From a virus: a stretch of 64,000 nt of DNA. The DNA lies in IMG/VR virus record IMGVR_UViG_3300012925_000001; one strand, written 5' to 3'. Below, piece by piece: positions 32,478 to 42,049 of this stretch (the first letter of the stretch is position 1; every line of letters starts with the position of its first letter). The translations under genes were made by a program, and so were the position numbers. The notes below the pieces were generated by a model. It was not told where the DNA came from. It searched no databases and saw nothing but the letters and a program-made list of their open reading frames with translations.

Positions 32478-34014
32478 CGATTACGATCTTGACCTATACC
32501 ACGATGATGAGCCTGCTGAAGTAGCTGCAGCACAGCCTCACGATCCGGCTCTGAACCTGACCTTGGCTGATGTAGCTGTAGACGAAGTCAGTGCGGTGCA
32601 AGCCTCTACCGAAGACCTCTACATCAACTTCGACGAAGACGGCGATGGTTCGACCTCGTTCGATCCACAGCAAGGCACGCTACGAGAAACCGAATGCAGT
32701 TTTATTACGGGGTGTGCGGGTTCTGGCAAGTCGTATACCCTCCGTCAAAGGATCGCTGAAGATGCCAGTTATGCAGTGCTAGCGGCCACAACCGGTATAT
32801 CGGCTATCAACCTAAACGCGGCCACGATTCATTCTCTGCTGGGTTTTCGAGATACCGATTCGCTCCGTGACGCCTACATCAGCGGCAGCGCACAAGGCAA
32901 GCTCAAAAAGATCGTTGGCGAAGGCTACAAGAACGTTGTGATTGATGAGGTCAGTATGCTCAGTCATGAGGCCCTGGATCTGATTGTCAAGATATTTGAT
33001 AACGTCAATCAGAACCTGGCTTACCGCGAAAAAACGATTGGCCTGATCCTGACTGGCGATTTCTGTCAGCTACCTGCTATTCCAGACAAACCGCGTGTTC
33101 CCGGCAGCAAAGTCAAGATGCCGACGCCATGGGCTTTCGATGCCCAGTCATGGAAGCGGTTCGATAAGAACACACTGAAGCTGACAAAGGTGTGGCGGCA
33201 GTCGGACGAGCGATACCTGGCAGCCTTGAACTACGCACGCCAGGGCAAAGGCGACATGGCCGCTGGCGCACTCGTTTCCGCTGGAGTCACGTTTGCCGGG
33301 ACCTCAGATTCTAACTTCGACGGCACAACAATCGTAGGCAAGAACGAACAAGTGGACCGGTTCAACGAGGCGTCGTTGATGAAGCTGCCTGGAAGGTTGA
33401 TTGGACTGCCGTCACGCCGCTGGGGCCGCGAAAGATCGGAATGGAAGAACATTCCAGTACAGACTAAAATCCGCGAAGGTGCTTATGTCATGCTGCTGGT
33501 CAACAAGTACAACGGCTTTCAGGATCTAGAGTATGCCAACGGAGACTGCGGTCACGTGCGAGGCATTCAGCCGAGTCAGAATGGTGCGCCACCACAGGTA
33601 ATGGTAGAGCTGGCTCGCAATAACCGGATTGTATATGTGTCAGCTATTATCCGGGCTGTGGAGACCAAGGACAAGCCGGATGACATGACAGGTGAGATTG
33701 ATATCAATCTGCGTGATGACGTGGGTGGGTATATTCCACAAGCGCATTATCGATGCAACGCGAGGAAATATGTATCGGGGCAGCTGGAGTACTTTCCAAT
33801 CCGGTTGGCGTATGCCACGACATGCCACAAAGCTCAGGGGTTGTCGCTGGATCGCGTACAGATCGACATGCGCGATTGGATGATGAAGAGTCCTGCGATG
33901 ACGTATGTGAGTTTGTCTCGGTGCAGGACGATCGAGGGTCTACGGATTATAGGCCGACCAGATGACGTGCGTGACAAGTGCAGGATTGATCCGAGGGTGC
34001 TTCGATGGCTATAG
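32470..34014 (+). CDS. PIF1/RecD-like SF1 DNA helicase
   Basis: Walker A GCAGSGKSYTL, Walker B VVIDEVSML, LTGDFCQLPAI, ATTCHKAQGLSLDRV, YVSLSRCRT. Confidence 0.9.
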   Translation: MPNDYDLDLYHDDEPAEVAAAQPHDPALNLTLADVAVDEVSAVQASTEDLYINFDEDGDGSTSFDPQQGTLRETECSFITGCAGSGKSYTLRQRIAEDASYAVLAATTGISAINLNAATIHSLLGFRDTDSLRDAYISGSAQGKLKKIVGEGYKNVVIDEVSMLSHEALDLIVKIFDNVNQNLAYREKTIGLILTGDFCQLPAIPDKPRVPGSKVKMPTPWAFDAQSWKRFDKNTLKLTKVWRQSDERYLAALNYARQGKGDMAAGALVSAGVTFAGTSDSNFDGTTIVGKNEQVDRFNEASLMKLPGRLIGLPSRRWGRERSEWKNIPVQTKIREGAYVMLLVNKYNGFQDLEYANGDCGHVRGIQPSQNGAPPQVMVELARNNRIVYVSAIIRAVETKDKPDDMTGEIDINLRDDVGGYIPQAHYRCNARKYVSGQLEYFPIRLAYATTCHKAQGLSLDRVQIDMRDWMMKSPAMTYVSLSRCRTIEGLRIIGRPDDVRDKCRIDPRVLRWL

Positions 34015-34229
34015 CTGAAGCTGAACGTAAGACAATCCTGCACGTTCGCCCTCGGGAATGTTCTTGCTGCCTTGAGTTTGAAACAGTCGATGTGACTGAG
34101 GGCGAAGCGTATGCACAATTTATATCCTCGCTGAATGTGTCGGCGGATAAGTTAGAACTGGCTATAGAACTCTGGAAGGGCGTCTATCCACATGGAGTTG
34201 TAAAACGCCACGATGTCACAGTGAATTGA
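34005..34229 (+). CDS. hypothetical protein
   Basis: 10-nt overlap with helicase gene; 74 aa. Confidence 0.6.
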   Translation: MAIAEAERKTILHVRPRECSCCLEFETVDVTEGEAYAQFISSLNVSADKLELAIELWKGVYPHGVVKRHDVTVN

Positions 34230-34232
34230 ACT

Positions 34233-34979
34233 ATGAAGCATAGCGAACTCAAACTAAAAGATCGCAGCTCGGGCATGACTACACTGGCATGGCACGACGC
34301 CTGCAAAAAGGAAGCTGAGGAATCTATGGCGGAACATGAAGTGGCTGGAATCGATCCGCAGAAACTAGTCGTTCTGGAAACGATCGAGGATAAAAACGTA
34401 GCTGAGTACATCCGTCAGCAGATGGTCACCTCTATTACTGAGTTACAAAAACAGATCGTCTACGATCACCACCAAGACATGATGGATACTGAAAGAGGAC
34501 TTGTGAGCCCGGACAGTTACACGCACGATCAGGCTGTTGAAGATGAAGCTAAGAGTTCAGTTGTGATTGATGCGAAGGCTGAAGCAGTCGAGGCTGAAGC
34601 TGAAGATGGCATCCCAGCTCACCTGCTAGACGTTCCACCGCATCTCTGGCCAACGTACGGTGGCATCGAGCGCAACAGCATGCCTAATCCTAACCAGCTG
34701 CCGGACTGGACGGCTGAGGCCCCGCCACAAGCTCATCGTCGCGTCCGCACTGAGCCACGCGCCAAGCACGTTCAGTCAGCATTCAACAAGACGTTTACGC
34801 GTGACAACCCGAAGCGGCCAGGGATGAACCTGCCAATCAAGCGTGCCGAGAGTAAGAACCCTGAAGGTTTGACGGGTCGGCAGTTGAAGAAGGCACGCAA
34901 AGCTTTACAACGTGAACAGAAGGCTGTTGATTTAGCACGAACAGAGATGTTCGAGAAAGTAACTGAGGGGGTAGAGTAA
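34233..34979 (+). CDS. hypothetical protein, basic C-terminus
   Basis: 248 aa; no family recognised. Confidence 0.7.
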   Translation: MKHSELKLKDRSSGMTTLAWHDACKKEAEESMAEHEVAGIDPQKLVVLETIEDKNVAEYIRQQMVTSITELQKQIVYDHHQDMMDTERGLVSPDSYTHDQAVEDEAKSSVVIDAKAEAVEAEAEDGIPAHLLDVPPHLWPTYGGIERNSMPNPNQLPDWTAEAPPQAHRRVRTEPRAKHVQSAFNKTFTRDNPKRPGMNLPIKRAESKNPEGLTGRQLKKARKALQREQKAVDLARTEMFEKVTEGVE

Positions 34980-35428
34980 TGGCATTGGACGCAGATGATT
35001 GGGGAGTAGCTGAAGCAACTCCAAGTGACCGTGAGATCGAGGAACACGATGCGGGTTATGCGATTACGCGTCTAGTCCAGCTCGTGCATGAACGCAACGT
35101 AGCAGTTGGCTGGTGGTCGGATCTATATACAAACATGCCGTTGGATCGCAACGTCGGCGAGATGCTGATGCTAGTCGTGTCCGAGATCTCCGAGGCTATG
35201 GAAGGCCATCGCAAGAGTCTATACGACGATCACATTATCGGCAGGCCTATGGTCGAAGTCGAACTCGCGGACGCACTGATTCGCATCTTCGATATCGCAG
35301 GCGGGATCAAGTTCAACGGTCAGCCTTTGGACCTGGGCGGCGCTTTCGAGGAGAAGATGGCTTATAACCGAGAGAGATTGGATCACAAAGCAGCAAGCCG
35401 TTTGGAAGAGAACGGTAAGAAGTACTAA
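34979..35428 (+). CDS. MazG-like nucleoside triphosphate pyrophosphohydrolase
   Basis: TAATG overlap; VVSEISEAMEG (ExxE) and VELADALIRIFD (ExxD) metal-binding helices. Confidence 0.75.
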   Translation: MALDADDWGVAEATPSDREIEEHDAGYAITRLVQLVHERNVAVGWWSDLYTNMPLDRNVGEMLMLVVSEISEAMEGHRKSLYDDHIIGRPMVEVELADALIRIFDIAGGIKFNGQPLDLGGAFEEKMAYNRERLDHKAASRLEENGKKY

Positions 35429-35517
35429 CAGCCGCGGCCCGCACAACTTTCCATCAACACTCAAGCCGTGCTAACGTAGACGGCCTAGCCCTTGTACGTT
35501 TGAAAGCTGACCTGCTT

Positions 35518-38500
35518 ATGTATCGGACCAAACCTTCGTCTTGTGGATCTTGCGTGTTGTGTTCTCATGGCAACGACTTCAGTCAACCTGAAGGTTTGGG
35601 TTTGCTGGGGGTTGCTATCGTCGGTGAAGCATCAGGCGAGAAGGAACAGAAGGATCTCCTGCCATTCCGTCCTTATGCGCCTGCAGGCATGGTGCTCGAA
35701 CGGTCGCTACGTAGGCTAGGCTACACACGCGATCAGTTCGCTATCACTAACATCATTCGCTGCAGGCCGATTGATAATTTGCTCGATGGCATGTACTACG
35801 AGCAGGAAGCTATCAGGCAGTGCTCGGCTAACCTCAAAGCATTCCTGACCAAGTTCCAGCCTAAGGTTGTCGTAGCATTAGGTAATGTAGCTTTCCGCAC
35901 GCTCACCGGCATCTCAGGCGAGAAGCGCACGATTAGTCATATGCGTGGCTATGTATTCCGCGCGCTGCCGGAGTTCTGCGAGGCGGCAGGCATCAAGGAT
36001 CTGCTGGTCGTGCCAACGTACCACCCTTCGTTCATTCGGCGCGGCAGCACACATCTCATGGGCGTGTTTTGCCGAGACATTCAACGCGCTGTCAACATCC
36101 GCACAGGAAAAGATAAGTCGTTCATTCTCGACCTACCTGATTTCGCTGGAGCCGAGATCAAATGGATTGAGAACCCTGATAACAACGAACCGTTCGGGTC
36201 ACCTCCGCCAGAGTTCTATCAGCAGATTGCTGAGACATGGCTAGCGAAATATAACCTGCGCTACCAACTCAAGCCGAACCTGCGCGACCTAGACATCTTC
36301 TGCCGAGACATCAAAGCCAAGTCAGAAGCTTATGCAGCACAAACCCCAGACATGAAAGCAGCGGATCTGCTGGCGCTGTCGTGGGATCTAGAAACACACG
36401 AGTCCGACTCACTCGACGAAGATGCAAGCGATGGCTACACGAACACCGAGATCAGGTTGTTTCAAGCTAGCATTCAACCCGGCACCGGCATCGCCATGCC
36501 CTGGGAAGGGAACTACATTCACGCTGCCCGGTTCTTGATGAAGCTCGCGCTGCCTAAAGTCGGACACAACTCCTGGCTGTTCGATCAAAAGGTAATGCGA
36601 GCTGTCGGTGAGCGTGATTTTGGTAGCCGCGCCAACCTCCAACTGAGCGGTGTTAGTCATGATACGATGCAGATGTTTCATTACTGGCAGCCGGATCTGC
36701 CCGCGCATCTGCAGTATGCCTCGTCGTTCACGCAGTTCCCTTTCCCATGGAAGCATTTCAATGGCTCCAATCTAGAGCTATACGGCATTGCTGACGTAGA
36801 CGCAGCTTTACGGCTGTATATCGTCATGCGCAAAACAATGGAAGACCGTCAGATCTGGTTTGACAATGAAAACCCGCAGCGTCAGGCAGCTGGTTACTTA
36901 GCGATGGTACAAGACGTGCGGCCGATTCTTGCTGACATGGAAGACCGTGGCCTGCCTGTAGACGATGAGCGGCGGATAGCTCTCGATAAGGATTTTGAAG
37001 AAGTCCAAACCGAGTTGATGGTTTACCTGGATGATAAGTTTCCCGATGAGGCCCGGAAGCTGACTCCCAAAGAAGGTTATAAAGGAATGCCTGCGCGGGT
37101 AAAGGAGTTGTTGGAAGAGCTACGGCCTACCATGATCCCTGAAGTCGAAGGCGTGAAGCCTGGCAAGGCTCCGACGAAGAAGGCAATAGCCGAAGCGAGC
37201 AAGATAGCATTCGCATCACGTTACGCGAGTCTACAACCTGATGAATGGGAACTGATCCGCTCAACTAAATTCTTTGATCCACCGACCAAGAACGAAGAAG
37301 GCGAAGAAGAGCCTGGCGAAAGTTATTTCTTCGACCAGCGTGTGTTTGGGCAACAACAACTGGACAACGGATTGAAAACTGAAGGCAAAACTCTCTGGTG
37401 CCGTGTCTATCAGTTCTCTCCGAACTCATCACAACAGCTCATGAACTACATGCGGTTCCGTGGGCATAAAGTCCCGACTAAGAAAGGCGGCGGCGAAACC
37501 ACAAACAAGACAGAACTAGTCAGGCTGAGCTCGAAGCACGGCGACGATTTCTATACGAAGGTGATCGAGTGCCGGGAACTGGGCAAGATGCGCGGAACCT
37601 ATATCGAAGGCTTCAAGCCGCATGCTGATGGCAGAGTACATTCCACTTTTACGTTTGACACGGCAACAATGCAGTTGAGTTCACGCAATCCAAATACGCA
37701 GAACGCGCCGAAGCATGGCAGGCTTGCTAAGGCCGTCAGGTCGATGATCCGGCATCCTGGCACTAAGCAGATGGTTGAGTGGGATTTCAAGGCTTATCAC
37801 GTGCTCACTACAGGATTCGAAGCTCAGTCAGCAAATTATATGCGCTTGGCTCGGCTAGACATGCACAGCTTCGTAGCCGGCCACTTCAACAAGAACTGGA
37901 ATGCATTCAACTTGTTTTCGGAGTCTGACGAAGAGTTGCTGGCGAAATTCAAATGGTTCAAGTCTGACGATGCGCGGAAGGTGATCCGGGATAAGAAAGC
38001 CAAGCCGAGTATCTTAGGCATTGGCTTTGGTCTAGGCGTAAAGAAGCTCTATGATATGAACCGCGAGTCGTTCGCTAATCTCAAGGAAGCTGAAAACCTG
38101 ATGAACCTGATCAAGGATCTGTTTCCTGAGGTTTTCAGGTGGCAGAATCAGATTAGGGAGCTGGCGCATAAGCAACAGTTTCTGCGTAACCGGTTTGGAG
38201 CGATACGTTGGTTGTATGAGGTTTATACACCGGACGGTCGCGGTGGCTGGGCTCCCGGCGAGCAGTCTGAACAGGCGATTGCGTTCTTGCCGGCTAGTTC
38301 GGCATTCGGAAACATCCGAGAATGCATGAAGGCGATGGACAGGAAAGGGTTGCTGGAAAAGTGGGAGATGGTCAACACTGTGCATGACTCGTTTGTGTTT
38401 CTGGTTGAGCCGGAGTTGATGCCACAGCATATCGCTGAGATGTATCCTGTGCTGAATGCTCCGAGTAAGGTATTGATCGATCCAGTATTGGCACCAGAAG

Positions 38501-38595
38501 GGTTGCAAGTTGATGTTGAGTGCTCAGTTGGAGCTACCTGGGCTGACCTGAAAGAGATCAAGATTCCGCAGGAGGTTTTAGCCTCATCGGTTTAG
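35518..38595 (+). CDS. family A DNA polymerase with N-terminal UDG-like (family 4-type) domain and 3'-5' exonuclease
   Basis: N-term CGSCVLC, GEASGEKE, TYHPSFIRR (UDG-like); Exo I SWDLETH, Exo II HNSWLFDQ, Exo III YGIADVDA; Pol A motif A EWDFKAYH, B KAKPSILGIGFGLG, C VHDSFVF. Start ATG 35518 or TTG 35500. Confidence 0.88.
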   Translation: MYRTKPSSCGSCVLCSHGNDFSQPEGLGLLGVAIVGEASGEKEQKDLLPFRPYAPAGMVLERSLRRLGYTRDQFAITNIIRCRPIDNLLDGMYYEQEAIRQCSANLKAFLTKFQPKVVVALGNVAFRTLTGISGEKRTISHMRGYVFRALPEFCEAAGIKDLLVVPTYHPSFIRRGSTHLMGVFCRDIQRAVNIRTGKDKSFILDLPDFAGAEIKWIENPDNNEPFGSPPPEFYQQIAETWLAKYNLRYQLKPNLRDLDIFCRDIKAKSEAYAAQTPDMKAADLLALSWDLETHESDSLDEDASDGYTNTEIRLFQASIQPGTGIAMPWEGNYIHAARFLMKLALPKVGHNSWLFDQKVMRAVGERDFGSRANLQLSGVSHDTMQMFHYWQPDLPAHLQYASSFTQFPFPWKHFNGSNLELYGIADVDAALRLYIVMRKTMEDRQIWFDNENPQRQAAGYLAMVQDVRPILADMEDRGLPVDDERRIALDKDFEEVQTELMVYLDDKFPDEARKLTPKEGYKGMPARVKELLEELRPTMIPEVEGVKPGKAPTKKAIAEASKIAFASRYASLQPDEWELIRSTKFFDPPTKNEEGEEEPGESYFFDQRVFGQQQLDNGLKTEGKTLWCRVYQFSPNSSQQLMNYMRFRGHKVPTKKGGGETTNKTELVRLSSKHGDDFYTKVIECRELGKMRGTYIEGFKPHADGRVHSTFTFDTATMQLSSRNPNTQNAPKHGRLAKAVRSMIRHPGTKQMVEWDFKAYHVLTTGFEAQSANYMRLARLDMHSFVAGHFNKNWNAFNLFSESDEELLAKFKWFKSDDARKVIRDKKAKPSILGIGFGLGVKKLYDMNRESFANLKEAENLMNLIKDLFPEVFRWQNQIRELAHKQQFLRNRFGAIRWLYEVYTPDGRGGWAPGEQSEQAIAFLPASSAFGNIRECMKAMDRKGLLEKWEMVNTVHDSFVFLVEPELMPQHIAEMYPVLNAPSKVLIDPVLAPEGLQVDVECSVGATWADLKEIKIPQEVLASSV

Positions 38596-38605
38596 AAGAA
38601 ACCAC

Positions 38606-38634
38606 TTGACACTTAGCTCAACTTGAGCTACCTT
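38606..38634 (+). promoter_or_regulatory. sigma70-type promoter candidate P6 with palindromic spacer
   Basis: TTGACA 38606-38611, 17 nt, TACCTT 38629-38634; spacer holds AGCTCAAcTTGAGCT (38615-38629). Confidence 0.45.
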
Positions 38635-38665
38635 ACCTCTAGACCTTTGAGGCTTCTAGCCAACC

Positions 38666-39025
38666 ATGATCATCCAAACATATGCCGAGACAAGACTTGA
38701 ACCAAGCAGTGGGATCTCAACCAGTGAAGCTGTTTGCCGCTTATGCGAGCACCGCTATGACGCTGATGACGAAGCCGGATACACGGAAGGCTGCTGTGAC
38801 CAACACGGACGCTGCCAGCAGGCAGAATGCCTGGAGTCATCTCATCCTAAGTCTGATGAAGGGTTTTGTGCCTGGCATGCTTTGCTGGATGCCACGGAAT
38901 ACGTACAGCGGATCATTGCTGGTGAGGAGCCCAGCGATAAGTACATTCCAGCCAAGCACCAGGAAAGCGTCTGGGCCGGCAGAGTCTGGGAACTGAACAA
39001 ACTGGGTCGACAAATTCAACACTAA
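38666..39025 (+). CDS. Cys-rich hypothetical protein
   Basis: 119 aa; CRLC, CCDQHGRC, C..., C...H pattern. Confidence 0.65.
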   Translation: MIIQTYAETRLEPSSGISTSEAVCRLCEHRYDADDEAGYTEGCCDQHGRCQQAECLESSHPKSDEGFCAWHALLDATEYVQRIIAGEEPSDKYIPAKHQESVWAGRVWELNKLGRQIQH

Positions 39026-39047
39026 CCGAAGGGAGTATTATTCCGCC

Positions 39048-39290
39048 ATGCCGAGATTCGATATCAGCACTCTAGAGGATCTACGAAATGCCAGCCGCGA
39101 AATCAACAAACCTGCCAAGTTCCCTGACGAAGCTATCGTCCTGGTTCTCCACCCTTTCAGCGCTCCCAAAAACTCTCGCCACAAGAACCTTCCCCGGACT
39201 AACCCAATTCGGTGTTTTGTCTCCAAAATCGATGAGCTCCCCGGATTCCTCATCCAAGTCCCTTGCGATTCCAGGGGATGTGCTATCTAA
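39048..39290 (+). CDS. hypothetical protein
   Basis: AAGGGAG upstream of ATG 39048; C-rich third codon positions typical of + strand genes here. Confidence 0.55.
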   Translation: MPRFDISTLEDLRNASREINKPAKFPDEAIVLVLHPFSAPKNSRHKNLPRTNPIRCFVSKIDELPGFLIQVPCDSRGCAI

Positions 39291-39393
39291 GTTCGACGTC
39301 AATCCCTTTGAAGCGAGTATGCCGTATCTCAATCTCGCAGCAGTTCCCACAACTTCACCGCCAACCCCGCAACCGCACCAGGAGATCCAACCA

Positions 39394-39777
39394 ATGAGCT
39401 TTCTCACCTCTGTAATCTCTGGCCTTTCCAAGGCTGAAAACTTCCTCATCAGCATCTTCACAAAGGCGTCCGCCGTGGCTAAAGTTATTACCTCTGTATC
39501 GCCCAAGACTCTGGCTGCAGTTCTGGCCGTTTTCTATGACATCACGAAGCTGATTGCGAGTGAAGGTGTTGCGGTGGCTGATATCAGCTCGGGCAAGTAC
39601 CAGCAGGGTGTAGGCGAGTTGTTTAGCCCGACCACGCAAGCATTGCTGACCGCGATCGCGGCTGACATCAAGGATCTGGACAGCACAGTCATCGACGATC
39701 TGAAGAAGCTCGGGATCGCTATCAACCCGCCTGCAGCAGTCGCGCCAGTCGCCGTAACTCCCGTAGCTACTGCCTAA
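39394..39777 (+). CDS. hypothetical amphipathic-helix protein
   Basis: AGGAG 9 nt before ATG 39394 (alternative ATG 39319); upstream part of track ORF 39088.. is S/P/L-rich off-frame-like. Confidence 0.6.
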   Translation: MSFLTSVISGLSKAENFLISIFTKASAVAKVITSVSPKTLAAVLAVFYDITKLIASEGVAVADISSGKYQQGVGELFSPTTQALLTAIAADIKDLDSTVIDDLKKLGIAINPPAAVAPVAVTPVATA

Positions 39778-39862
39778 GTTCTAGCCGAGGCCGCAGGCCT
39801 CCTTCAGCTAGTTATCCTGCAATACGAAAGGAGACCGGCGGAGAAATTGCCAGAGCACGAAG

Positions 39863-39893
39863 AAGGTCACCTGATAACCGGGTGGCCTTTTTC
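39863..39893 (+). terminator. rho-independent terminator
   Basis: AAGGTCACC 39863-39871 / GGTGGCCTT 39881-39889 (one G-U), then T-run to 39892. Confidence 0.6.
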
Positions 39894-39918
39894 ATTGGAA
39901 TTCTTCGTTGGATTATGT

Positions 39919-40128
39919 ATGACCGCACTTGAAATCGCATGCCGAGTTTGCTCGGCTCAACCTGGAGAACCTTGCGCCAGCACAGCCTCCCTACAACTTC
40001 AACCTGGCGAGTTCCATCATGAACGTGGCGATGATGCTGCTTTCTGGTCGAACGTCGGCTCGTCCGAAGCGGACTCCGCCAAAGTTACCAAAGTGATAGC
40101 TGAGGTCGCAGCCGATGAGCTATTCTAA
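39919..40128 (+). CDS. small zinc-finger protein (CRVCSAQPGEPC)
   Basis: In-frame ATG 39919 downstream of the terminator; CxxCxAxPxxxC motif as in 18386..18634. Confidence 0.55.
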   Translation: MTALEIACRVCSAQPGEPCASTASLQLQPGEFHHERGDDAAFWSNVGSSEADSAKVTKVIAEVAADELF

Positions 40129-40351
40129 TCCCCTACTCACTGCAAGAGGTACCACTATGTCTAACCCTCATCTGCCTCGGGTTCAGCCTGCAACCGGCAT
40201 GCTGGATCCTCTATACGACTCGACTAGCCACTGGGACGATGAAGATATAGGGTCGAACCCGCCAACGATTATAGCTATAGCTGTGGTTTATATTGTGTTC
40301 CTGGTTGGAGGCATTGCAGGTTATTTTCTGCGCATGCTGGTTCATGCCTAG
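40115..40351 (+). CDS. tail-anchored small membrane protein
   Basis: C-terminal TM IIAIAVVYIVFLVGGIAGYFL; last + strand gene before convergence. Confidence 0.55.
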   Translation: MSYSNPLLTARGTTMSNPHLPRVQPATGMLDPLYDSTSHWDDEDIGSNPPTIIAIAVVYIVFLVGGIAGYFLRMLVHA

Positions 40352-40881
40352 ACAGTAGGCGGAGCTGGTGGCAGTGGAGCTATTGGCGGCTTGGGCAGCT
40401 CAGCAGCGATCGCCGCAGCCACAGCAGGCGGTGCCTGAGCGACTGTAGTCGTTGTAGTGACCAACGAGCCGTCTGGAGCGTGTTGCGTCGTCTGGCTAGC
40501 CACCAGCGCCTTCCAGGCGGCCTTAGTACGAGGATTCCTGATCCAGGCATAGAACGCAGCCGTCGTCAGTCCGATCTCTTTGAGCCAGTGCGGCAGGATC
40601 GACCAGATCCAATCGAACATGTGAGTGAACGGTGGAAAGAATGTATAGCCGAAACCGCAGCCGAGGATGGCTACGGTGCCGACGTGCGTAAACCCACCGT
40701 GAGTTGTGACCCAGGTCTTGATCCACAGCAGATGCTTGGTCAGGAAGGTTTTGAAGGATGACGCGGTTGCGGCTACAGCGATAGCCGTAGCTGGGATCGT
40801 CGTGGTCGTGGTGATGGTTTCAACGGTCACAGGCGTTGGCGTAGCGGCAGCAGGCAGGGAAGACTTCACTTCATCAGGCAT
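40348..40881 (-). CDS. multi-pass membrane protein, holin candidate
   Basis: GGAGG 6 nt before ATG 40881; overlaps endolysin stop by 8 nt; several hydrophobic helices (GTVAILGCGFGYTFF..., IGLTTAAFYAW). Confidence 0.55.
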   Translation of the reverse strand: MPDEVKSSLPAAATPTPVTVETITTTTTIPATAIAVAATASSFKTFLTKHLLWIKTWVTTHGGFTHVGTVAILGCGFGYTFFPPFTHMFDWIWSILPHWLKEIGLTTAAFYAWIRNPRTKAAWKALVASQTTQHAPDGSLVTTTTTVAQAPPAVAAAIAAELPKPPIAPLPPAPPTV

Positions 40882-41488
40882 TTGGTACCTCCAGAGGTGC
40901 AACAATGGATGCATCTAGAAACTCATTCTTGGTCCATAAGTTACGCTCAGCGAACCCTTTATCGTTGACGTTCCGAGCGCATTGTTGGGATGCGGTCAGC
41001 CAGTCCCGCTTAGCCACAGCAGCATTGAACAAGGGGTACTTAGGCGGCGCAAGCTTGACCGGGCCGAGGTTGTACCGCATGTCGATCAGCGCGATCTTGG
41101 CCGGATCCGGCATGGAGTCGTAGCCTGGATAGATCCGCCTGAGATCCGTCTCGCAGGAGTTGACCTGGCTGACCAATAACCTATGCTGCTCCACATCCGG
41201 CAGCAGTGGGCTCGTAGCTGACTTATAGAACTTAGCCCCGAACTGCTGGCCATAAGGCATGCCTCGGACCCTGGCATAGTCATTCTCTATTTCTGCGGGA
41301 GTCGCCGGCCGGCTGCCGTCGGGAGACATGAACTTGAGATTGAGTGCAGCCAGCGCTGACACAACCTGCAGGCCGATAGCGGTTGTCACCCAGCCTTTGA
41401 TGTCAAGGTACAGCCAGGCTATCGGTGTCTCCCAGTTAGTCAGCCAGTGATAGCTCTCGTCCAAGTACGTCGGCGTAGGCGTTGCCAT
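40874..41488 (-). CDS. endolysin, T4-type (GH24-like) lysozyme
   Basis: NWETPIAWLYLDIKGWVTTAIG reproduces the E-x8-D-x5-T catalytic spacing of T4 lysozyme; later ALIDMRYNLG. Confidence 0.75.
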   Translation of the reverse strand: MATPTPTYLDESYHWLTNWETPIAWLYLDIKGWVTTAIGLQVVSALAALNLKFMSPDGSRPATPAEIENDYARVRGMPYGQQFGAKFYKSATSPLLPDVEQHRLLVSQVNSCETDLRRIYPGYDSMPDPAKIALIDMRYNLGPVKLAPPKYPLFNAAVAKRDWLTASQQCARNVNDKGFAERNLWTKNEFLDASIVAPLEVPNA

Positions 41489-41572
41489 CAGCAGTTACCT
41501 CCGTGCGTGCGCCGAGCGCAGCTCAGTCGTTATTATCTTCCCACAAGCGGGCTAGAACTATAGCATGTTTCT

Positions 41573-42049
41573 ATGGATAACTTTTGGCTAGCCGTTACAT
41601 TCTCTGCACACTGCCTGTTCCTCTGGATCGTGTTCAAGCGCAAGTTCCAAACCTTGATCCCGTTCCTAACCGGTCTGATCATCTGTCGCGTGATCGAGAC
41701 GCCTATTGAGTCCTGGGCTTATCATCACAATAACTATCTGCTGCATTGGAATCTGTTCTGGGGTTTTGGCGTTTTCAATCTGCTGCTGCTGGCAGCCTCG
41801 TTCGCCGAGACCAGGAAGATCCTGCCTGCGGTTGCCTGGACGATTGGCATTTACCTGGTCCCCAAAACTATCGAGTACGTAACCCTAGTCAGCTGTGAAG
41901 AGAAGCAATGGCCGAGCCTGGCTGCCAGTCTGATGCGCCCAATGAATTTGCTATGCGTCCTGTCTTGGTGTTATATCCTTAGGCCCAGGGCACCTAAGCC
42001 TAAGAAGGAGAACCTAGATGATGGAGCAAGCAGTTCAGCGCATGGATGA
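41573..42049 (+). CDS. polytopic membrane protein (opposite-strand insert, moron-like)
   Basis: 158 aa with about 4-5 hydrophobic helices; + strand inside the minus-strand late arm. Confidence 0.65.
   Translation: MDNFWLAVTFSAHCLFLWIVFKRKFQTLIPFLTGLIICRVIETPIESWAYHHNNYLLHWNLFWGFGVFNLLLLAASFAETRKILPAVAWTIGIYLVPKTIEYVTLVSCEEKQWPSLAASLMRPMNLLCVLSWCYILRPRAPKPKKENLDDGASSSAHG

Noticed and set aside
39088-39393. N-terminal 102 codons of the 229-aa ORF 39088..39777
   Set aside because: The sequence is S/P/L-rich and off-frame-like. It conflicts with ORF 39048..39290, which has the C-rich third positions typical of this strand. A strong AGGAG precedes the internal ATG 39394.
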